Source: Paramoeba atlantica
Taxonomy: Eukaryota; Protista; Discosea
Direction of reading: 5' to 3'
Assembly (NCBI GenBank): GCA_977017575.1
Contig: CDRNVI010000030.1
Location: forward strand, 930,001-994,000
DNA length: 64,000 nucleotides
A program made the translations under genes and the position numbers. The notes below the pieces were generated by a model. It was not told the DNA's origin and made no database searches. It was given only the letters and a program-made list of their open reading frames with translations. Of this stretch, positions 1-7,575 are shown piece after piece (position 1 is the stretch's first letter; every line of letters begins with the position of its first letter).

Positions 1-1268
1 TTGAGATAGAAAAGCGGCTGTACCTTGTCATCAGGGTGTGCTGCTAAGGCGCTCTGGAGATGCTCAGGGCGGAGGCCCATGGTGCCAGCCGATGTTCCGC
101 GCCGGAAACTGCGTAGTGCCTTTTCAACTTCGCCTTCGGATAGATGTAAAGGCTCTCCCTCTATGGGTCGGAATGTGACGGAAGATGATAAAGGCAATCT
201 ACCTGGGTGCTTCGATTGGAGTTTTTCGTAAGTTTCTTCGGATTCAGGTGCCATCGGTGCTGCTGTAAGAGCTTGCATCGCACGGGAAAACTCCCCTTGT
301 CTGGCCAGCAACTCGGCTCGTTTCGCCGCCTTGCCGGACTCGTCCACTTCCTCATCGTCGTTCCTCTCCCGCTTCTTTACCATTTGCGCAACAGATTCGT
401 TCCACAGTGCCGCGTATTCCCTGGATTCCGAGCGATCCATGCGTTGGCCCGTTTTCGTGGTATAGGACGAATTTCCTTTTCGTCCCCCTCTTTTGGGCGC
501 GGGCAGGACACATTTTGGGAGCATCGCTAAGCGTGTCCAGGCCTCAACCGAGTTCTCTCTAACCACTGCAGCCATTGTTTGAGTCAAAACAGAGGCCCAC
601 TGTTGTTTGCATCGGAATGGTACATCTTTGCATGTGTTGATGGCGTAAGAGCAGACACAATCAAGAGACGGGAGCGAATCCCTGTAAATTTGGGAAATGA
701 AAGCCTCTTCGGTTTCTGGCTCACAGGTTAGTGACGAGGTGTAAGAGCCCAAGGAGTCTTGACATTTTTCCTCATGGGAAGCTTTTTTATTGTGATCATA
801 GTGCTTGCCGCATGAGGGGCATAAGAAACGTCCTTCTTTTTCCCACCATTCCGAAGGCACAGTATCGCTATGTTGGCTTGCGACATGATGGTAGTAGGCC
901 TGCCACTTCCCTCCGTGTGATGCGGTGCTCCAGTTGCACACTTCTACTGGACAGGTGCGACGTCTCATTGTGTCTCGTCTAGCTGGTTGGCGAGTCTTGG
1001 AATCTTTACTAACCCCTCTCTCGAAAATTTTGGGCGTCGACTTTTGGCTAGAAAGAGGGCTTTTTCGTGGGAGAAGCCTCGCTGTGGCCATGGAATGTGG
1101 TTCGTACCGCTCTGGGGTTTGGCTTGTTACTTCTTGACCTTTGCCAGACGTATTGGGGGCACAGTCTCTTGATACGCTGGAATGATTTCTCTCTTCGTCT
1201 GCCGATAAAATCATCCCCGTGTCGGGTGTCTGCTTCTCTCGGTGCAAAGATTGTAGTGCCGTTTCCAT
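1..1268 (-). CDS. Retrotransposon polyprotein, N-terminal part (zinc fingers + start of RT region); 3'-partial
   Basis: Absent from the ORF track because there is no stop inside the window. ATG at 1268. Contains CPVEVC..HHVASQH, CPSCGKH..SHEEKC, WTRLAMLPKCVLPAPKRGGRK, KRAELLARQGEFSRAMQAL and ALRSFRRGTSAGTMGLRPEHL, matching the conserved pre-RT/RT-0 motifs of CRE-type elements. Confidence 0.85.
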   Translation of the reverse strand, partial: METALQSLHREKQTPDTGMILSADEERNHSSVSRDCAPNTSGKGQEVTSQTPERYEPHSMATARLLPRKSPLSSQKSTPKIFERGVSKDSKTRQPARRDTMRRRTCPVEVCNWSTASHGGKWQAYYHHVASQHSDTVPSEWWEKEGRFLCPSCGKHYDHNKKASHEEKCQDSLGSYTSSLTCEPETEEAFISQIYRDSLPSLDCVCSYAINTCKDVPFRCKQQWASVLTQTMAAVVRENSVEAWTRLAMLPKCVLPAPKRGGRKGNSSYTTKTGQRMDRSESREYAALWNESVAQMVKKRERNDDEEVDESGKAAKRAELLARQGEFSRAMQALTAAPMAPESEETYEKLQSKHPGRLPLSSSVTFRPIEGEPLHLSEGEVEKALRSFRRGTSAGTMGLRPEHLQSALAAHPDDKVQPLFYL

Positions 1269-1501
1269 TTTGTCTTGCCAGGCCGGTGTAATATTTTCTG
1301 GTATGGGCGTCGTGTAGAGGGATTCATCGTATGTACTAGTTGCAGCGATAAGATGCTAATTACCCTCAAACTGGTCCCAGGAGCTGGCGTGTGCGTTTTC
1401 TCCTCTTGGGCAAAAAGGTCATCTTCTCGTATCGTCGTCGAGCCGCAGGAATCAGCCTCCCTCATTGTCCGGATAAAAGAAATAGGGAAAGAAAAATAAG
1501 T

Positions 1502-1520
1502 CAACAAGGTACAGAAACTG
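1502..1520 (-). other. Spliced-leader-like remnant CAGTTTCTGTACCTTGTTG
   Basis: The first 12 nt and the terminal TTG match the conserved 3' half of kinetoplastid SL exons (CAGTTTCTGTACTWTATTG). It is not followed by the GT donor of an SL RNA gene. Confidence 0.7.
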
Positions 1521-1637
1521 AGGGTGTTGCTAATCCCTGGACAGTATGCTGCCCAGGGACACAGCAACTCCCCATTGTCTCGGCGTAGTAAACACGCCTT
1601 GGCTTGCCTGGCACTGTAATCGCCGAGAGAGAAAAAA
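1519..1637 (-). repeat. Copy 1 of duplicated element X (inverted relative to copy 2)
   Basis: 1519-1615 is the reverse complement of 5395-5491 with one mismatch. 1613-1637 is the reverse complement of 2660-2684. Confidence 0.95.
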
Positions 1638-1829
1638 TATTTCTCCCCAGTCATTTCACAGCCCAGCATGCTTCCCACTTAAGGGGCCCGTTTCCGTATC
1701 CGAGTGATCTCCCCGGCAACACGTCTTTCGACGTGCGTCAAGAAGGCTGGGATACGGAACCAGGGTGTGCAAGTACGTGCTGTACCCGCACGTTTGATAA
1801 GCTCTTTTTTTACGGATTCTTTTTTAGCA

Positions 1830-2280
1830 CTGATCACAAAGATCACGAAGGCCACAAACGGTGGGTCACAAAGATCCCAAACACGAGATAACAAATAATG
1901 GGTCATTAAGATTTCAAGTGAACCGATCACAAAGATAACAAACAAACAAACAAACAAACAAACCAATCAGGTAATATACACATCCGATTACAAAGATCCC
2001 ATGCAATGAATCATAAGGACTTCATAGATACCAAACAAACGATCAGAAATATCCTAAGTAAGAGGTCGAAAGGATCACAAAAAAAACAGATCACAAAGAT
2101 CCCCATACAACCAATCCTCAACAACCGATCAAAAAACTCCTGAACAATGGGTCACAAAAACCCCAAATAACGTATATCAAAGATCCCAAACAACGGGTCA
2201 CAAAGATCCCCAAATAACCGATTAAAGCACAAAGATTTCGAATAACGGATCACAAACGTCACAAACAATCTGTCATAAGG
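1830..2280. repeat. Degenerate satellite with core GATCACAAAGATC plus a (CAAA)n microsatellite
   Basis: More than a dozen variants of gatcacaaagatc/ggtcacaaagatccc with irregular spacing. A/C-rich on plus, G/T-rich on minus. Confidence 0.8.
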
Positions 2281-2947
2281 CTGCGAACACCATAAAGATC
2301 TAAAATCCTGCATCTTAAAGCAAACTTCTAATATTTCCCTTCTTTTTTTTTTTTTTCTATCAACGCGCCCCGCGTAATGCACTCAATAATGCGGCGTTGG
2401 CAATATATTTACAACCTACAACTTACTCGCTTACTCGTCTCCCATAGCGGGATGTAATTTACCAACCCTTTTTTTTTCCTTTTTTTGCAGAAGCGACCAG
2501 GGCGAGATCTTGCTTCCCCTCACGGGACTTCACATCTTCTCGGGGAGGCCCCCCACACAAATTCTTTCAAGCAGATCCAAATCATTCGTGCGTACTTCGC
2601 ACCGGATCTTCCGACTTCTGTTCAGCCTGCTCCTTCTCGTACCACGAGAGGCGCGAGTTTTTTTTCTCTCTCGGCGATTACAGTGGACCCCCAGCAACTT
2701 CGGTACATTTCTGGGGCCACTATGGGACACTGTGGGCCACTATGGGACAATCGGTGCCACGATTGGACACTTCAAAGTTTAAGTTGTGCCTTTTGATTGC
2801 TTTTATGTTGTGTATATTGAGTTCGTAAGGATTTCGTTCTCATGTATTTTTGGTCGACCACGTACAGCAGTTGTAAAATAGAACGAAATGAAGTAACTAT
2901 GTACATCTAGAATTAAACGTCTGTTTCACAGTAATGAAGCTACTAAA

Positions 2948-3844
2948 ATGGAAAAAATGTTTTGTCCACGCTGCAAAGCAGACCGTAACGTAAGTCTTGG
3001 AGAACCCCGAAGGTGTGTAATGTGTGCCTGTCCCATCGAATGCGATGTAAAGGACCCCTGTATTCAGTGTCACAGGGTTTCAGTTCTCATAGGTTCAAAC
3101 TACTGTCCGTTGTGCAATTCCCCTCAAGATGGAGAACGACTTCCCGCCAACACCTTAGACCACATTTATGCTCGTGGTCTGAAGGAAGAAAATGTTCTTA
3201 ACGCATGTGCTGAGTACGTGGGTCGCATGCTCTGCGGTACGAAGCTTGCGTTCGGACATGTGGCCCACATCCTTATTCTTATCAAAAGGGCAAAAGATGT
3301 TTCTATAAAAAGATATATCCCGCGTTCGGCCGAAGCAGTTTGCTCGTATTTTAACCATGCGTTGCATCCAGAGGAGCGGGGCTCTCTGCAGGAGTTTTTG
3401 CGAAACCTCTGGAACTTGTATGAGGGCAAGCGCGCCAATGAAAAGAAGGTTCTGAGAGACACAAAGACTGCGTTGGTAGCAAGTTTTTTGTCGGTTCTAG
3501 GTGACTCAACATTTGAAATTGATCGAAAGTTTGTTCACCAAGTTCAGGGTGAGATTATGGACAAACTTGGCAATTCAATGGAGGAGAATGTTCCTACTGA
3601 ACTTCTTTCTATCCGGGACGACCTTGTTCAACTGCGGATTCTCAAGAAGGGAAAGACTTCGAATGCTCATCTTATTCACGTTGCCCGACCTCCTCGTCAA
3701 ACTTTGACTGCCGCAGATCAGGAAGTTGAGATAGTTGAAGTTCGGAACGATGAAAACCTGGTCAGCAATCCGAAGCGGCAACGCGTTTCCCGCATTGCTT
3801 CAACTTCAAGTTCGAACACTTTGCATTTTAAAAGTCGTAAGTAA
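2948..3844 (+). CDS. Transposon accessory protein with four CxxC motifs (double zinc-ribbon-like) and a C-terminal basic NLS-like segment
   Basis: 298-aa ORF inside the element boundaries. CPRC, CVMC, CIQC and CPLC lie in the first 57 aa; PKRQRVSR near the C-terminus. Confidence 0.7.
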   Translation: MEKMFCPRCKADRNVSLGEPRRCVMCACPIECDVKDPCIQCHRVSVLIGSNYCPLCNSPQDGERLPANTLDHIYARGLKEENVLNACAEYVGRMLCGTKLAFGHVAHILILIKRAKDVSIKRYIPRSAEAVCSYFNHALHPEERGSLQEFLRNLWNLYEGKRANEKKVLRDTKTALVASFLSVLGDSTFEIDRKFVHQVQGEIMDKLGNSMEENVPTELLSIRDDLVQLRILKKGKTSNAHLIHVARPPRQTLTAADQEVEIVEVRNDENLVSNPKRQRVSRIASTSSSNTLHFKSRK

Positions 3845-4025
3845 GTTGTAGGCCTGTAAATCGCAAGTAAGTTTTAAGCGGTTATGTTGTAAGTGAAAAA
3901 GTTGCAAGTAAGGAATTTGGAAGTAAGGAATTCAAAAAAAAATCGTAAATCAAAGAATTTTATTTAATATAGAATCTTTCTTTCCTCTAATAAAATCATA
4001 ATAATCTTTCCTCTACTTGATACTG

Positions 4026-5198
4026 ATGCTTGGCCGTATTGACACCCCGGAATATGACACACCCGTTAATATATCTGAAACCCGTGACGCACCACCTGAT
4101 ACATCCGGCGATGCACCTGAACCTGATGCTCCCTACGAAAATAAATATTCAGAGTTGTCTTTATGCGGTTTAACGCATCGCGCTCTCACCTTTCTAAAAC
4201 AATTTTATCCCTTTGAAGAAATTTTTGCGAGCTTTCTTTTTTTGCGGTGTGGGGGTAGCTACGACATTGTATCAGAACTCATATCCTTGAAATTCGGAAC
4301 CGGTTGGTCTGAACGTTCTTGTTCTGACAAGATACCCGCGTTTTTTAAAAAACTGCATTCCGATATGAAGGATACATGGCTTTGTTTGGATTCTGATATT
4401 TTGCACCATGAATCAAACGCAGTTCTTCCTTTTTGGGATAAGGACATAAAGGTGGTGATGGACACAGTGCCACTGTACGTTGATAGCTTGCCTCACTGCT
4501 ATCAACCCAAATATGCTACACACGTCGTGAAAGCGCTCGTAGCATCTACAATGTCTGGGTATGTTTGCTTCACAGCAGACACATTGTACTGTGGAGCCTC
4601 ATCCGACGCCGTTATTCAGGACTGTAGTGGTATTCTGGATTTTCTGGCACACAATCGTGTTCGCGCTCTTGCTGACGGGGGATTTTACGATGGTCTTACT
4701 GATAGATTAATAGTACCCCATTCTAAAGCCAAAATTTGGTGTTCGAAGCGCCCAAAATCTAAGTCTATGCAGAAACATCATGATTCAGAAGCAGATGGTA
4801 AAATGTGCTTCAATGGAAAGTTGGCTCACTTTAGATCGCGGGTCGAACACATTTTTTCTCGTTCGTGCTGTGGCAAATGGCTGGCTTTTAAGCAGTGGAC
4901 TCGTAGTCCAGATTTTCTTTACTATGCGTTTTCGTGCGCTCTCATGGTTCATAACATGGAAGTGTTTCATAAACATGGACCTCAAGGAAGATATCCACCT
5001 CTTACCCCTGAGAAAGTGGAAGCAGTTAAAAAGAAGATAATAGAGCACAAAGGACAATCTTCCAGATATGGAGTATCTGACAGTTCTACTATCACAGGTC
5101 CGATGGACAAATACACGTATCCTAAAAATCTTGATGCGTATGTTTTTTTTCGTGAACAACAATCCCCCCACCAGCACTCAACCAATAACCCCCTATGA
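4026..5198 (+). CDS. Harbinger/IS5-like DDE transposase (DDE_Tnp_4 type)
   Basis: Motifs VVMDTVP, YQPKY..HVVKALVA, YCGASSD, ALADGGF and HFRSRVEHIF..W. First ATG at 4026 (the ORF track starts at a TTG at 4017). Confidence 0.9.
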   Translation: MLGRIDTPEYDTPVNISETRDAPPDTSGDAPEPDAPYENKYSELSLCGLTHRALTFLKQFYPFEEIFASFLFLRCGGSYDIVSELISLKFGTGWSERSCSDKIPAFFKKLHSDMKDTWLCLDSDILHHESNAVLPFWDKDIKVVMDTVPLYVDSLPHCYQPKYATHVVKALVASTMSGYVCFTADTLYCGASSDAVIQDCSGILDFLAHNRVRALADGGFYDGLTDRLIVPHSKAKIWCSKRPKSKSMQKHHDSEADGKMCFNGKLAHFRSRVEHIFSRSCCGKWLAFKQWTRSPDFLYYAFSCALMVHNMEVFHKHGPQGRYPPLTPEKVEAVKKKIIEHKGQSSRYGVSDSSTITGPMDKYTYPKNLDAYVFFREQQSPHQHSTNNPL

Positions 5199-5395
5199 TC
5201 ATACACTCTACGCTCATATACAGTTGCCCCTCCTCACTATACTTAGCTAGGTACGCTACTTATCAGAGAATCACTTGCCTCTATGTCGTCACGATTCTCC
5301 GGCGACGCTCGATTTTTGGGGCCACTATGGGCCACTGTGGGTCGTCTTGTGCCACTTAGTCCACTACGGGCCACCCGGGGACTGCATTGGGTCCA

Positions 5396-5558
5396 GTGCC
5401 AGGCAAGCCAAGGCGTGTTTACTACGCCGAGATAATGGGGAGTTGCTGTGTCCCTGGGCAGCATACTGTCCAGGGATTAGCAACACCCTCATTATCACAG
5501 ACTTCATAAGCACCTTGGAACCGGGACCAAGCCCAGTACGCCTGGCAAGCCATGGCAC
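5396..5558 (+). ncRNA. Candidate structured RNA (element X, copy 2), identity unknown
   Basis: Termini pair (GTGCCA/TGGCAC). A 66-nt hairpin at 5431-5496 has G.U wobbles only in this orientation. A T5 run follows at 5569-5573. Confidence 0.45.
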
Positions 5559-6081
5559 CGAATAGCTCTTTTTCTCCTTCTTTCTTCTTCTTATCCATCA
5601 AAAGTGGGACCATATGCTTGCTCACATCGTTCGAAGATCAGTTTCGGACGTCATATCCCGAGTCACCTACCGTTCGTAAAGCACACTAACACCCCACTAA
5701 ACAATCGTAGCAAATGTTTCACAAAGACCACCGCTACTAAAAGCTCTAAACTGCGGTACGTTTGACGGCGCGCTGAATCAAACAGCGAGGCGATCACATT
5801 TTGAAAAGTAGACTTCCCTATTTCTATGCCCTCTTTTCTTCACGTTTTCAAAAGTAACAATTCGAAACAAAAGCTTCTTTTTTTCTCTCTGACAATCGTA
5901 GGAAATGTTCACACATTTCCAGAGCACCTTCATCCTACAAACATCAGTCAAGCTATGGATGGTGCCACCAATCACCTCAAAAAGGACTTGAAACAATACA
6001 TTAAAAAACAACATCAAATTGGATGTGAATCTCCGATACTCCGGTCGAAATCTCCTCATCGCGCAAACCAAGTCCAAACCT

Positions 6082-6336
6082 CACTACACCAATTGTAGTG
6101 GAAATGAAGCCATAAAAGGCCTCGGATCATAAAATCCGGAACGCGAAACAAGCCCAAAGGACCCCGCTACACCAATTGTAGTGGAAATGGAGCCATAAAA
6201 GGCCTCGGATCATAAAATCCGGAACACTAAACAAGTCCAAAGGACCTCTCACTACAACAAGTGTAGTGGAAACAGAGCCATAAGGGGCCTCGGATCACAA
6301 AATCCGGAACGCGAAGCAAGTCCCAAGGACCTCACC
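6082..6336. repeat. Three tandem copies of an 83-85 bp unit containing four short hairpins
   Basis: Units start at 6084, 6167 and 6252 (ctacaMcaaKtgtagtggaaa...cggatcaYaaaatccggaac). Confidence 0.95.
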
Positions 6337-6782
6337 ACACGACGGAACGGTTCACCGAGGAACGGCCTTTATACCAGGACCAAACCCAGTGACAGGCATG
6401 CCCATTGGCACCGCAGGTCAACTCCCTCCCCCCCTTCTTGTCATCATTCTAGGTTTTGAAGCGTAAAACAAAACTCTAAGGGGTGTCAAATACGTTGAGC
6501 ATCTTTTATTAGATACGCACACAGATGCGTAGCCGTAAAGGCATTGCATTAGAAATCCGCGAAAAAAAAGCAGTGCAAAACTGACCCGCCTACGCGAGTC
6601 GTATAAGGTGCGTCACACAGACAATTTCATTTTTTCTATCCGCTTCTTTTTCTTTACTTCCAGTACACTGGAAAACAACACAAACGGCAGTGGTACTGTG
6701 TGATGATCAGCAATCTTTGCTTACAATAATCATTAAATTTACGACTACAAGAAATCTACCCTTAATGATCATTCGAAGTGAT

Positions 6783-7555
6783 GTGCCAACCGTCAGTTCC
6801 GAAGAACCTCGAGGTGAAGTGCCAACCGTCAGTCCCGAAGGACCTCGAGGCAAAGTAAAACCACCAACCGTCAGTTCCGAAGAACCTCGAGGTGAAGTGC
6901 CAACCGTCAGTCCCGAAGGACCTCGAGGCAAAGTGTAACCACCAACCGTCAGTTCCGAAGAACCTCGAGGTGAAGTGCCAACCGTCAGTTCCGAAGGACC
7001 TCGAGGCAAAGTGTAACCACCAACCGTCAGTTCCGAAGAACCTCGAGGTGAAGTGCCAACCGTCAGTCCCGAAGGACCTCGAGGCAAAGTAAAACCACCA
7101 ACCGTCAGTTCCGAAGAACCTCGAGGTGAAGTGCCAACCGTCAGTCCCGAAGGACCTCGAGGCAAAGTAAAACCACCAACCGTCAGTTCCGAAGAACCTC
7201 GAGGTGAAGTGCCAACCGTCAGTCCCGAAGGACCTCGAGGCATAGTGTAACCACCAACCGTCAGTTCCGAAGAACCTCGAGGTGAAGTGCCAACCGTCAG
7301 TCCCGAAGGACCTCGAGGCATAGTGTAACCACCAACCGTCAGTTCCGAAGAACCTCGAGGTGAAGTGCCAACCGTCAGTCCCGAAGGACCTCGAGGCAAA
7401 GTGTAACCACCAACCGTCAGTTCCGAAGAACCTCGAGGTGAAGTGCCAACCGTCAGTCCCGAAGGACCTCGAGACAAAGTGTAACCACCAACCGTCAGTT
7501 CCGAAGAACCTCGAGGTGAAGTGCCAACCGTCAGGCCCGAAGGACCTCGAGGCAA
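6783..7555. repeat. Higher-order minisatellite: 10 x 78 bp, each made of 36 + 42 bp subunits
   Basis: ccaaccgtcag recurs at alternating 36/42-bp intervals. CCGAAG occurs 20 times from 6799 to 7537. A CCTCGAGG palindrome lies in nearly every subunit. Confidence 0.98.
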
Positions 7556-7575
7556 ATAATAATAATAATAATAAT
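7555..7575. repeat. (AAT)n microsatellite abutting the minisatellite
   Basis: aataataataataataataat directly follows the last repeat unit. Confidence 0.9.

Larger units (their letters stand above)
1..1520 (-). mobile_element. CRE/SLACS/CZAR-clade non-LTR retrotransposon, 5' portion (continues beyond the left edge)
   Basis: Manual translation of the minus strand gives an open frame from a stop at 1356-1358 to position 1. It has N-terminal zinc fingers and the pre-RT region typical of CRE-like elements. The 5' junction carries an SL-like 19-mer at 1502-1520. Confidence 0.85.
2685..5394 (+). mobile_element. PIF/Harbinger-like (IS5-related) DNA transposon, two genes, apparently complete
   Basis: Ends GGACCC...GGGTCC flanked by AGT on both sides. 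The empty site is present in the window at 1519-1637. Contains a DDE_Tnp_4-type transposase and 10-bp subterminal arrays at both ends. Confidence 0.85.

Noticed and set aside
5505-5545. Twister-ribozyme-like CCGGGACCAAGCCC within element X
   Set aside because: Superficial match to CCGGUCCCAAGCCCGG, but I could not build the P2 and pseudoknot pairings. Left to the Infernal check.
5396-5558. Element X as a MITE or an H/ACA-like (AGA box) snoRNA
   Set aside because: No target-site duplication flanks its paired ends. The hairpin before ACAGA has no open pseudouridylation pocket.
6790-6850. Hammerhead ribozyme (GTC...CTGACGG on minus; GTCC-AAA-GGAC stem at 6235-6245)
   Set aside because: The core needs CUGANGA plus GAAA flanking stem II. 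Here A9 is G and no GAAA follows.
6783-7555. CRISPR array or repeat-protein CDS (ORFs 6707-7582, 6762-7673 and the plus-strand pieces)
   Set aside because: There are no unique spacers and no cas genes. The long ORFs lack ATG starts, and stop-free frames are expected in a 78-bp (26-codon) repeat.
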